This document shows, piece after piece, positions 12,541-25,324 of a stretch of 64,000 nt of DNA (positions are counted from its first letter, which is position 1; every line of letters starts with the position of its first letter). The DNA comes from Takakia lepidozioides (taxonomy: Eukaryota > Plantae > Bryophyta). Made by a program: the position numbers and the translations under genes. Under the pieces are notes generated by a model. The model saw only the letters and a program-made list of their open reading frames with translations. It had not been told where the DNA came from and did not search any database. The stretch covers positions 1,612,001 to 1,676,000 of the forward strand of contig CM060731.1 of the NCBI GenBank assembly GCA_030704615.1. Reading direction: 5' to 3'.

Positions 12541-13890
12541 CACGCACTGCAAACGCACACAAATGTGTTGTGGTCGGGCTTCATCCCTTCCCCCATCATT
12601 TGGTCATGATAGGTCTCCAAAGGCTCCATCCCACTTCACTGCTGTGCACATCCTGCAAGCATCGCGATCCACGACACCACATCTTGTTCAGCCATAGTGT
12701 TGAACACTCCCTCCGCATCCTCAATGCTCTCACATATATTTGGCATACATGTCCACGAGGGCATTGTTCAGAATCGCATCTGTTACAATTCCAGCTTTGG
12801 TGATGCAACCATGCACCACTTTGCCCTTTTGCAGGGCTGCCAGACTTGCACACGCACTACAAACGCACAATCTTGTTCAGCCATAGTGTTGAACACTCCT
12901 TTCGCATCCTCAATGCTCCCACATTTGGCATACATGTGTCCACCAGAGCAGTCATGTTCAGGATGACATCTGGTACAATTACAAATTGTCACGATGGATC
13001 TCTTTGCCCTTTTCCAGGGCTGCCAGGCTCCCACACTCACTGCCAACACACACAAATGTTATGTGGTCGGGCTTCACCCTTCCCCCATCATTTGCTCATA
13101 GGTCTCCAAAGCCTCCATCCCATGCCCCTGCAAGCATCGCACTCCACGACACCACATCTCGTTTAGCCATAGTGTTGAACACTCCCTTGGCATCCTCGAT
13201 GCACCCACATTTGGCATATATTTCCACCAGGGCAGTGTTCAAAATGACATCTGGTAATCTGCCAGGCATTCACCTTTTTGCCTCGGTTGTCCCACCATTG
13301 ACTGGATCAGAAAAGTATTCATTCCACACATTCTCCTCATCTCTTGTACCTGTTTTTGGATACTTTCTTGTTGTCACATTGGCAGTATCATGTCAAAGTC
13401 ACTCCAATCTATCAAAGATTCACTCAACCAGCTAACTTGCATAATTCAACATGGAAATTTAGGGCCGATTCTGATAAGGGGGAAAAATAGGGTGAAATGT
13501 GTTGAAGAAGGTGCCCTCATCGCTTGATTTTACCAATTCCGCCGCTGCTGCTGCGGCTTCCAGTTGACCATCTACCCATGCAGGTTTCTTGTAGCTATCC
13601 TTCCACAAGGAATCATAGGCAATGTTGTGCTTGAAATGTGGCCCTCTTGGATGAATCTGGACCCACACTCTATCCCTACTCCTTCAGCTATCCATGCCTC
13701 TCACAAATCATGCATACATCTTTGCCTTGCTGGTAGCAACTGACAATAACAGCCTACATTTGTTCTAGGAAACACCCAACTCAACTTCTCACACTAGTTC
13801 CTATGCTCAATTGCATCTGCTACTCTCTATAATCCAACATGCATTCACCTTTTTGCCACAATTGGGCCACCATTGACTAGGGTCAGAAAA
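12540..13890 (-). pseudogene. Degenerate PLS-PPR plus OSB-PDF motif fragments, inverted relative to 8303-9290
   Basis: MYAKCGSIEDAKGVFNTMAEQD in 12783..13055. [32 protein letters not shown] in 13459..13668. WNEYFSDPVNGG-type exon at ~13270-13340. Confidence 0.7.
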
Positions 13891-14058
13891 GTATGCAGGC
13901 CACAACTCCATGACTGTTTAGGGTTCACTGTCACAAATGAAAGTGTGTTTGTCAGAATTTTGCCCACCCCAACAGCTCAGTCACTCCCACCCATGCAAGG
14001 TACCATGCTGTATCAAGTCTAAACCCTGGAAAAATACATGCAATAGCAGAAACCAACT

Positions 14059-16611
14059 CTAGACCATAGCACAACTGGCCTGGTACCTCCCATATGGAGC
14101 TTGCCTCCGCCTTCTACCATTTTGCCTCTGCCTTGCAAGTGCATTCAAGTTGGCAATGGCCAATTCATCTGCCTCACTCAAAGGAACACAAACAGCAAGC
14201 TCAGTCATGATGTTATGAGGAATTTCAGGAGGCACCATGCCTACATAAGTGTCTCCCTCACCAAGTGCCACTTCTGTAATATCGTGAACCACTCGTCGGG
14301 ATCGAGGGTCCTTGTGAAGGACCACCTTCCAGTTCCCTCGTGAACTTTTTTCATCCGAGAAAAAAACTTGCTCCACCTGACTAGGGAATGTCCAGGGCTG
14401 CTCCATCCGAGGTAACGACTGAAGTCAACCAAGAGAAAGCCATAATCATCTCGTTTCATGGTGGCATTCCGGCCCACCATGTGTGACCTCACCCATCTAC
14501 ACAAGAACAAAATTGGGTGAAGAATTCCGTAATCCAGTTGAATTATTTCTCTTACAACACCCACATATTCCAATTGGGATAACACTCGTTTGGACATACC
14601 TGCTCTATTTTCGCTTTCCTGATGGAATACTTGAGCAACTCCAGAATCAAATGTCACCCTGTCTGTGGCGCCAGTCCCATCACGTATTGCTCGAAAGTGA
14701 TTGCCGTAAGCATACATGGACTTGAAGCCCAAGGACTGTACTGCTGGTGGTATACATAAATGGCATATGTCCAAATCATAGGACTCACCTGAACTCACCT
14801 TGCGTTGGACAGCACCTTCAATCCATTCATGGAATGGAGCCAGTAAGTGCATATCTGTTGGGTATGGAATTTCTCCATTGTGGTGGTCTTGGTCTTGTCC
14901 ACAAAGGAATGTTGTTCTGAACTCAGTGCGGGATGCTTCTATGAGTGCCATCTCCTCTTCATAGGCCCTGTCCAAATGAGAATTGCAAATTAGGATTACA
15001 GCTTATACCATTGGCAGAAATGAAACACACAGGATATGATAAGCAACATACTTACTCAAGGAATGGTTTCATGCAATCTGTGTTGTGCAACATATACTCG
15101 TGTGCACTGTCTCGTTCTTGAATGGTGAGGACTCGTACACTTCCCAATCCTTGAACCACCTCCCCACTAACTGAGTCTTCTTCATTGGAGTCCCACACCC
15201 TTCGGCTTGTAGCATGAAATTCAGCCATATACTCAGTTAGAAACCCTAGGGCCTCATCCAAAGCATACCCTTCCGCCATGCTCCCTTCAGGTCGGCTCAT
15301 ATTCCTTACATAGCCTTTTAATTTCTTCATATACCGTTCCATAGGATACATCCAACGGCTAGACACGGGACCACACACCTCCAATTCGTCCACAAGGTGT
15401 ACAAGCAAGTGAGTCATGATATCAAAAAATGACGGAGGGAATTCTTTCTCCAGTAGACACATAGTGATTGCAACATCTTCTTTTAAAGCCGGTAGCTCAG
15501 CTGGATTAATGATCTTTGCACACACTTTTCGGAAGACTCGAGAAAGCCTCATAATTGCCATCCGTGGACCCTTTCCCAATACCCCTCGAATGCAAAGAGG
15601 TAAAATCTGCTGCATCATTACATGGTAGTCATGGGTTTTCATTGTAGACAGTTTATTGTCAACCACATGTTTCTGGAATGTGGCAACATAACCTGTGGGG
15701 GCCTTTACTGCAGCCAATGTTTCCAAAAACAACACCTTCTCATCTTCAGTAAGAACATATGGGGCCAAAGGCTTCACCAACTTGTTCGGGTGAGAGGGAT
15801 GGGGTCTCAACCACAAGTGTTCACGAATGACATTGAGTTCCATATCCTTCCTAGATGTGGCTGTGTCCTTCTCCCCAAGAATGGTTCTCAGCACATTCTC
15901 ACACAAATTTTTTTCACAATGCATCACATCCAGTGTGTATCGGATGAGTAAGTCTTTCTAGTATGGCAATTGGTTCAAAACAGTGACCCGTTTCATGCCA
16001 TGTTCCTTTGAAGGGTCATGTTTTCCCCCCTCAGCCCCTCCCATTGCGAGATACAACTCTCTGGTTGTAGCCCGGTCAAATTGCTCACTTGCAGTGACCA
16101 CCATAGGAGCTGCTCTATGTTCCACATGTCCATTAAAGTGGGACGAGTTATTCCTATAGGGATGAACAGTAGGCAAGTATCTCCTATGACCAAGATACAA
16201 AACTTTTTTGCATGCCTTGGAGTACCTGGAATCAACATTAGGGCTGCAAGCTGGGCAGGCCTTGTATCCCCTGTGTGCGCATCCTGCTAGCAACCCATAA
16301 GCTGGAAAGTCGTGGATTGACCACATCAAGATGGCCCTCATGCGAAATGACTGTTGCCCCACTAGGCTACTTCCATCCAATGCCTCCACACCAACTTCCC
16401 ACAACAATTTCAGCTCATCAACAAGGGGCTGCAGATAAACATCTGCATTGTCATTTCCCACAGATTGTGGTCCAGGAATCAATAAAGCCAACATCGTGAA
16501 AAATGGCTTAGTACACAGCCAGGGTGGAAGATTATAGTTTACCAACACGACAGGCCAAGTTGACCATTTGTTGGATATATCACTGTAAGGATTGACACCA
16601 TCCCATGCGAG
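14059..16611 (-). pseudogene. CACTA/En-Spm TnpD-like transposase, C-terminal part (Transposase_21, DUF4218, DUF4216)
   Basis: WDGVNPY..WSTWPVVLVNYNLPPWLC, WSIHDFPAYG, MHCEKN, KTHDYH, PPSFFDIMTHLLVHL, WMYPMERYM and RPEGSMAEGY are diagnostic CACTA motifs. Stops and frameshifts are present. Confidence 0.92.
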
Positions 16612-16832
16612 GGGGGCTGCTATTTCATGAGCGGCATGAGCATGAGCGGAAAAAAAAAAAGCATGAGCAGACCATTGTGAGTCCACGGAAATAGGGTTAG
16701 GAGGCACGGAAATAGGGTCATGTGAAGTTGGAATGTGGCACCAGTGGACTTGAAATGCAACATTTTATTGCAAATTTTGTGGCAAGCCACGTCTATACAA
16801 GTGTGTTCTAACTGTCATAGCCGGAATGGGCA

Positions 16833-19800
16833 CTACTCTCCTACACCCTCCGAGGAACTTGCCCCACCTTCTTCCTCATCCCCCTCATCCCCCTCATCCT
16901 CCGAGCTCTGTGATGCATCAGTTCCACTATGCCTCTCAAAAATCCCGTCCTCTCCTTGGGGGACTGTCCACCTCACCTCCTGGGAATCTTCTGCGTCTTC
17001 TCCCCCACTTTCCTCAGCAGAATCCAAGACAAATCTACGAGCCCGACGGGCTCTAATAGCTGATGCCTCCTCCCTCATCTTCATTTTCTTGAGGCTTGCC
17101 TCGTCTAAAATCTGCTGTACACGACTACGTTCGGAACACCTCCTAATGGACACCGAAGCAAGCCGGGCAGCATAAGTAGGAAGGATGTACTCCCTTTCTG
17201 GACTAGGCATGAAATCCCCCCTGGCAAAAAAAGGCACGTTCCTCCTGCCCATGAACTCCGGTGTAGACGTCCCTCCGGCAGTACTTGGCATCCTACAGTA
17301 AGAACAAATCCACTTCAAGAATGTCAATACCAGCACAACCAGAAAGGGTTTTCAATGAAATAAGAGAGCAGAGGGAGGTGCCTCACGAAATCTGGAGGCA
17401 ACTTACAATGCCACCACTCACTCGTAAACCGGGGGCTCCTCGGCCTCGATCCCAACTTCCTCCCCCTGCTCCTTCTCGGATTTTTCCTCATCCTCCGAGG
17501 ATGCCTCTTCCTCTTTCGGCAGACGTTCAGCCGCTGCAAGTTCCGAGTTGTGGAGGGCAGTATCTGGCTCGAAGGCGAACACATGCCTGTCGGACAACGT
17601 CCCTGCCCACATTGAAGCACCTGAGGAACAAAGCGGGCGGTTAATAGCTTGCGGCATGCAATTGCAGTCGGGCCAGGGGACAAACTGAGCACGTGAAGGC
17701 TTACCCGTGCCGCATGTGAGGTCCAGAATCCGCCCTTGGACATCCGAGCACGTCTCCATGAGGGTTTGGATGAAAGCAGGGCTCCAGGTCCGGCTGTACT
17801 GCCACGGTTTGCCTGTCTTTGTGTCCTTCGGCATACTGGAGTGGGGCACATAGTTGTAGAGGACATCGTAGGTTACAGGGTCCACAGCGGCATCAACAAG
17901 ACGACCGTCGTTGCGGAATTTGAACGTAGACCCTCTCTTCACAAAGCAATATGCCTCAAACACCAATGTCTGCACATCCAACAAAGAAGGGATCAACTCC
18001 AGGGTCTACTTAACATACACCACAATATGAAGTGAATGCAAAAGATTGATAACTTACACTTTGGCCCTCTGTTCGCAACCCCTGCGTACTGATGCAGAAC
18101 CATTTTCTGAGGAGGACCGGGGTGACACTTTTTGGTGTCCACCTTGCCATCGCATTCTCTGTGGTCTTCCCTCTCGTGGCAATGACAACCACACATCCAC
18201 CGTCATCCAGAAGCATCCGCGCCAGCCCAAACCCAGCTTTCTAGTACTCCTCAGTAAACCTGTTCCAGGTGGGCACACCATCCAGGCCCTCCAGCAGCTC
18301 CCCATCTGGAATGTCGAGGAGAATCATGTCGCAAGCTCTCTCCACCTCAACCCCACCCCGAGTGCTCTTGCAATTCGTGCTCACAGCCGTGAAGAATTCC
18401 ATCATGGCTTCAAAACCAGGGGTGTCTTTAGGCTCTGTACCGCCAGCCCTCTTCTTGGCTTTCCCTTTCTGCTCCGCCAGAGACTTGTTGTGTGCCACCT
18501 TCTTCGCCCTGGCAGCGAGAGCGTCAAGGAAGCTCTCATTGACGCATTGGATGATGGTTGGAGGTTCTAGCTTTGGCCTGTGCGTAAACGTCACTGCCGA
18601 ATACCGGCGTGTAGGCTCGCCCTCAAATGCCAACTTCTTGGCAGAGCCAGTCCCACTCCGAACTGACTTGGGAACCCGGACGGCCGGTGACTGGGTAGGA
18701 GCAACAGCAGTCGAAGGACCTTGAACGAAGTCGTCGTCCGAGTCACTCTCTTGGGTCCCCTCCTGCGCCTCCTCCGATGCCCCGATGGTTTTCTTCTTTT
18801 TGGGTGTTACTGCAGTCACCTGTTTCCTTGTCCTTTTCCTTTGACCTTTACTCTTCTCATGCAATTTCTCCTGAATTCCTGCCTGAGCAAGCTCTGCCGC
18901 TTTCCTGGAGTTCGCAAGCGCTTTTGCCTCTTTTGCACCCAATGGAGGCAGCGGAGCCCGGTTTCGTCGGAATTCAGCATCCAGCTTCAATTGAAACTCG
19001 GATGGGTCGAGCGAGCCGGGCGGAAGGTCCACATACCAAGGGCAATCACGCAAATGTTCCAGATGCCACTCCTTCACAATATCGTCAGTGTACATGGAGT
19101 CAGCCCCAGGGTTCCTCCATGCCAGGAAGAATGGTGGCTCGAAAGACAGATGACCTTTCTCCAAAAGGGAGAACTTACAGTACCTGCATTCATGAAAAAC
19201 ACAATGAGGTCCGAAAATGGCTAAGTCCCTGAACGGCAATAGGGCCTACAACTGGAAAATGGCGCCGAATTTCCACTTCAGGGCCAGCCAGTCTAGGGAC
19301 TTAGCCCGAAAATGTCTAAGTCCCTGAACGGCAATAGGGCCTGGAACTGGAAAATGGCGCCGAATTTCCAGTTCAGGGCCAACCAGTCTAGGGACTTAGC
19401 CCGAAAATGGCTAAGTCCCTGGACGGCAATAGGGCCTAGAACTGGAAAACGGCGCCGAATTTCCAGTTCCGGGCCAGCCACCCTAGGGACTTAGCCCGAA
19501 AATGGCTAAGTCCCTGGACGGCAATAGGGCCTAGAACTGGAAAACGGCGCCGAATTTCCAGTTCCGGGCCAGCCACCCTAGGGACTTAGCCCGAAAATGG
19601 CTAAGTCCCTGAACGGCAATAGGGCCTACAACTGGAAAATGGCGCCGAATTTCCACTTCAGGGCCAGCCAGTCTAGGGACTTAGCCCGAAAATGGCTGAG
19701 TCCCTGAACGGCAATAGGGCCTGGAACTGGAAAATGGCGCCGAATTTCCAGTTCAGGGCCAGCCAGTCTAGGGACTTAGCCCGAAAATGGCTAAGTCCCT

Positions 19801-22709
19801 GGACGACAATAGGGCCTAGAACTGGAAAACGGCGCCGAATTTCCAGTTCCGGGCCAGCCACCCTAGGGACTTAGACCGAAAATGGCTAAGTCCCAGGACG
19901 GCAATAGGGCCTGGAACTGGAAAATGGCGCCGAATTTCCAGTTCCGGGCTAGCAAGTCTAGGGACTTAGCCATTTTCGGAGCCCTGACTGGAAATTCGGC
20001 GCCATTTTCCCTAACACCACTTGAGGCCTCTAACATCCTGAAATGCCAGGACTTGAAAGAAAGGCAGCGCGTATGTACCTGTACAGAAGGCGCATGGCTA
20101 CTTTGTCCGCGTTCGGCTGGTCGGTGAACTCGTGGCTCCGGCAAGCATCTGCTATCTCCCGAAAAAATAGGTTGGTTTTGTAGAGAAGAAAGTACCTCGT
20201 CACATAGTCACGTAGGCTCTCTGCTGCAGGGGATATCTCCATCTTGAACTGATGTGCTTGTGTGTCCAGCTGCTCTTGCGCATTCGTCGTCACCTGTGGA
20301 GATTGTCCATCAGATCGCTTTCCTCAAAAAATACAATGAATCCACCCCCTACTAGAGTAGAAGCCCCAAACGAAGCGTGGGGAAGTACCTGAAACCACCA
20401 TGTCATGCGGTTCATCCACATGTCGAATGTGGGGTCAGAGAGTTTGTCCGGTTTGGGGAAGCTCCACATGTCCCTGGTACTTTGGGAACCATTCCAGATT
20501 TGGAGCCACCGGGTCTCTCCAACCACCCAGCATATTCGTAAGCGCCAAACACCACAAAAAGGAGTTGTTGCCACCACAATTTTGTTAAGAATGTATCACC
20601 TTTTCTGTTGCATCCACACAGGATGTGGCTAGACGATGGAGCTTCTCAATGTCATCGAGGGCTTCAGAGCGCGAGAGTAGTGCTTCCCCACCTCCACCAG
20701 AAAGTCGGCACCAAGGGCGGGATCAGCTATGGCCACGTACTTTACCACCCGCGACTTGTACTTTATGCGGGCCCTCACCTCCGCAGCTTTGACATACGAT
20801 TCGAGTTCCGGGAGGGTTGGATTCTTCTCCTCTGACTCCATGTAGAACCTCCGCGCATGTGCCAAATCCTGCTGTATTTTCGTCTGTCAAGAATGCGCAC
20901 ATAAGATTAGAGATCCTGCTCAACACAATTTCTTCTATTGGGGGAGGAGAGACAGATTAGCTCAACAAAACTGTCAGGAGCTTTACCCGAAATATATAGT
21001 CCACCATGGCGTCGACGCTCAGCCTATACCAGGTTCTGTCTGCCTTTGCCTCCGACTTGCACAGGAGGTCGGCACTGAGGGAATTGGCAAACTCTTGCAC
21101 CCCCTGCTTCCCGACATCCTTCACTCGGAAGAGCATATGGGACAAGTTGGTGGCAATGAAGGCATTCTCAGTCACCCTGCAGTGCCACATTTCCATCAAA
21201 CAATACTGAAATGGGAATTTTCATCATATATGAGGATTCGCAATGAAATGACTTCCAAATTCAAAGTCCAAAAGCGAGAGGGGTTGTAGCTTACAAGTTG
21301 ATGTCGGCCATTGCAGCTTTGAGAAGACTGCATCTTTGGGCCCCGCAACCTTCAGCACAACACAATCCACGGCGAAATGCCAATTGAGGTCGTTGGGGTG
21401 GGCTTGGGCAATGTGCTCCATCCATACCAGGAGGCGATGATTGCCGTCCCACACGTAGAACATCTTACCGGACAAGTGTTGGAAAAGAGGATCACTAGCA
21501 ATCGATCTCTCGAACTCCTCATTTCGCGTTTGCCAATGGGGACCCCATTTGTCCACCTCATCGGAAGTGTGGGCACGGGAAGCTCCGTGGTCATTCTCAA
21601 TGGAAACGTAAAAGCGGCAGACCCCATTCGATATCCATCCCGGAAAGAGAATTTCAGCTTGTCGATATCACCTGGGAGGGCAGGTCTCACCACCTGCAAT
21701 GACACCAAGCGGCAAAGGGGAATTCGAAGCTTGGCCGGGTACACCATGCCCCCCAGCACCCTGCCAATGTTGCTGTGGGTTGCCTCCAACATCTTGCAGC
21801 GGCCAACTTCATATCCGCCTCAGACATGACGTCTGCTGCAGAGGGGTTTTCCGGCAGCCCACCAGGACCGCCAAATCCAGCCTGTATGCTCCGGGTTTGG
21901 GGCCTGGGGATGTCCGGGAGGATGTCATCCTGGTCAGAAAGCTCCCTGTCGTCCTCCTCAACAGGGTCAGCCACCTGCGAAACCACCTCCAGCACTCTCC
22001 CCGTCTCTACTGCCCTCTCCCTGGCTTCACCTGGAACTTGCACAATCCGTGCTCTTTCAGGTGTTCTTTCCTCTCCTCCACTCTCCACCGTATGGGTAAT
22101 TGCGGGGGCTGCTCTTGCCCGCAATGGTCTAACCGGTGTGTTACTGCCTTTCTGTGGTGTCTTGGATGGATCCACCGTCTCTGTGCGTCCCTCGCTTACA
22201 TTGGCATCTGTCATTTGGGCACCCCTGGCCTCTTCAGCTGCCTTTTCTCTTTCCTCCTGGCTAGCATTCTGTCTCGTCTGCTCTTTTGCCCTCTCTTTTG
22301 CCCTCTCACGGGCTTTCTGTTTCTTACTAGGGCTAGCAGCAGGGGAGCCCTCCAGGACGACCACCTTTGCTTGAGGCGAACTGACACCCTCGCGCGCACT
22401 GCTCACTCCCCCCTCCGCAGCCCGTGACTGCTCTCTCGCCGGGGAATGCATGTGCTTAGCTTTCTTCTTTTTCTTTGCGTGGGCGGGCCCTACTGCATGT
22501 GCATAATCAACCTCCATTGCCGGATCTGCTGTCCTCATGTCCTCACGCCCTTCACCTGCCATGCCGCCTGCACCAACCTCCCCAATGCCTACTCTGTCGT
22601 ACTGTCGTTGCAAGTCCTCCCGTCCACCAACAAAAGGCTTAAGTTTGCCCTCTCGCCCCAAGTTGGGCGATTCAAACATGCGATGAGTTGGAGCTGTCGA
22701 TGATACCAC
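16833..22709 (-). pseudogene. Spliced MULE accessory gene: ParB/Srx-like domain plus beta-class DNA amino-methyltransferase (N6_N4_Mtase-like)
   Basis: ParB-like: LRIPLCRL...VRP...DIDKL and FYVWDGNHRL (~21433-21460). MTase: CDMILLDIPDG (motif IV-like, ~18304-18330), then LLDDGG, then SPAFIQTLMETCSDVQGRILDLTCGTG/intron/ASMWAGTLSDRHVFAFEPD (motifs X, I, II). GT-AG introns are visible. There are frameshifts and a TAG at 18241. It may start upstream, in ORF 22990..23445. Confidence 0.72.
19211..20010. repeat. About 8 copies of a 95-bp tandem repeat with 380-bp higher-order period, probably intronic
   Basis: CCGAAAATGGCTAAGTCCC at 19211, 19306, 19401, 19496, 19591, 19686, 19781 and 19876. Near-identical ORFs are 380 bp apart (19293/19673). 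Confidence 0.9.
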
Positions 22710-23499
22710 CAGCGTGCCGGGCTCGTCGTCACTCTGTCATTGACAAAAATCGTGAAAACCAACATCGGTGCAAAAAGCAGCATCGCAACGAGCACCGCAA
22801 CCACCATAGCAACAATCGTGTAGCAAAAATGAAAACATAACAAGTTAGGAAGTATGGAGAGCCATGCAACAACAATGAAAACAAATGCAACCGTTGCCTG
22901 AGAATGACATGCACAAGCAGCCTTCTCCAGAGCTGCTGGATTTGCACATGCATTGCAAACAATCTAAGGTTCACTCAACTATCTAATGTTCACTCATACA
23001 GCGAAACCAGGATGAAGATGCAAAAACAAAGCGAGGTAACAAAGCGAAAGCAAAAAATAAATCGAACAAACCGAAAGCAGAAGTGGCTTGCCTGAGAGTA
23101 CTCGGCTTCAGTTGGCGCAGGTTGTGAGCAAGACACTGGAATCTCCTGCTGGAGCTTCAGTTTGGCCATGCGAGAGATTGGCCGTCGTCCGTAGTACAGA
23201 GCTTTCAACTTCCGCCGCGGTCTGGATGTGAGGTCTCTCTCAGGAGAGCCACGCCCTTCAGGCGGCATAAGTCCCAGCCAAAAAGATCTCCTTTTTTGGG
23301 GTACATGCCTCGAATAGCATGTTAAGCCAAGATTAGCATGAGATTTAGGGTACGTGTCCAGGAAGCCATGCGTCGCAAGCCCGAATGACGGCGGTCGACA
23401 TTTATTGCCCAACTGCGCAAATAAATGTCGGATGAAGCCCTCCATGTCCGATGAAAATCAACGTAAACAGTCCCGGAATTTCCAACGTAGAGGTAATTC

Positions 23500-25030
23500 G
23501 GAGCGCTGCACGATGGAATTCCGGCGCCGGATTTCCATCCTGCAGGTAATTCAGAGCGCCGAATTTCCACAGCAAGGTAGGCGGCGCTGGAAATTTCCCT
23601 CACGCAGGTAATTCGGAATCGCGCGGATGGAAATCCGGCGCCGAATTTCCATCCGCGCAGGTAGGGCGTCGCGCCAAATTTCCCTCACGCAGGTAATTCG
23701 GAAGCGCGCGGATGGAAATCCGGCGCCGAATTTCCATCCGCGCAGGTAGGGCGTCGCGCCAAATTTCCCTCACGCAGGTAATTCAGAAGTGCGCGGATGG
23801 AAATCCGGCGCCGAATTTCCATCCTGCAAGTAAGTCGGATCGCTGGCGTATGGATATTCGCGCCGAATTTCCATTCGCCATGTATTTTCATCGCTAAGAA
23901 TAACCTTCCTGCAGGTAATTCCCCGTTCAGAATTACCTTCCTGAAGGTAATTCTTCGCTCAGAATTACCTTCGTGTAGGTAATTCTGAACGAGGAATTAC
24001 CTTCTTACCGGCATCGATAGGAATTACCTGCAGGAAGGTAATTTTCATCTGCGAATTACCTGCAGGAAGGTAATTCTCATCTGGGAATTACCTGCAGGAA
24101 GGTAATTCTGAGCGATGAAATTCATGGCGAATGGAAAATTCGGCGCCGAATATCCATACGCCAGCGATCCGACTTACCTGCTGGATGGAAATTCGGCGCC
24201 GAATTTCCATCCATCCGGGATTCCACTTACCTGCTGGATGGATATTCGACGCCGAATTTCCATTCATCCAGGATTCGAGTTACCTGCAGGATGGAAATTC
24301 GGCGCCGAATTTCCATCCATCCGGGATTCCACTTACCTGTAGGATGGAAATTCGGCGCCGAATTTCCATCCGGGGATGGTCTCTGTCGGAGAGGTGCCGC
24401 CTCTCCGCCGCTCTGTTGGATATTCGGTGCCGAATTTCCGTCCGGGGGTTGAAATATGACGGCCAGGTGCCGACCTCTCCTCCTCCCCGACTGCATTGGA
24501 ACGGCCCCGGATTGAAATTCGGCGCCGTTTTCCCATGTGGGGAGGTTTTTATGTCGGCCAGTTTACGGTCTGACCCCCCAAAAAGACTTCCTTTGGGGGG
24601 GACCGGATGGAAATTCGGCGCCGAATCTCCATCCAGGGAATTCAGGGGATGCTCTCTGTCGAACACGTGCCGACCTCTACGCCTGAGGCGACTTCATCCG
24701 GGCGTCCCCTGTTCGATATTCGGTGCCGAATTTCCGTCCGGGGGTGAAATGTGACGGCCAAGTGCCGGCGACTCCCCCCTCCCCGACTGCATCCGAACCG
24801 CCCCGGATGGAAATTCGGCGCCGTTTTTCCATCTGGGGATGTTTTTATGCCGTCCAGTTTTCGGCCTGACCCCCGACACGACTCCCTTTGGGGGGCCCGG
24901 ATGGAAATTCGGCGCCGAATCTCCATCCAGGGGATGTTCTCTTTCGCACACGCGCCGGCCTCTGAGCCCGAGGCGACTTCATCCGGGCTTCCTCTGTTGG
25001 ATATTGGGTGCCGAATTTCCATTCGGGGGT
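23500..25030. repeat. Palindrome-rich intergenic region between the two divergent MULE genes
   Basis: Many GGAAATTCGGCGCCGAATTTCC variants, 85-bp and ~295-bp tandem units, and a long inverted repeat centred near 24000. Confidence 0.85.
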
Positions 25031-25324
25031 AGTAATGTGACGGCACGGTGCCGGCTTCTCCCCTTCAGCCGTCATCATCCGGACGGCCCCCCACTTTCTG
25101 ACTGCATACCGTTGGCAGTTATTGCGCAAAGACCAGGGCCGCATTCCGGAGACAAGGTTCATTAACACTCTGACTGTGTATTTTTGAGATAGTTGGCTCC
25201 TTGGATTTGGATCAGGCTTCGTCGCTCGGACAAATCGGCATCGCATTCATTCCCATCGCTGCACCCCCTTCTACCAGGGAGCTTCCCAGCACGCCATCCT
25301 GGCAGTCTTGTGTGCACATCTCCC

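Noticed and set aside
19211-20010. CRISPR-like array of palindromic repeats
   Set aside because: The sequences between palindromes are themselves repeated, so there are no unique spacers. No cas genes, and the context is eukaryotic.
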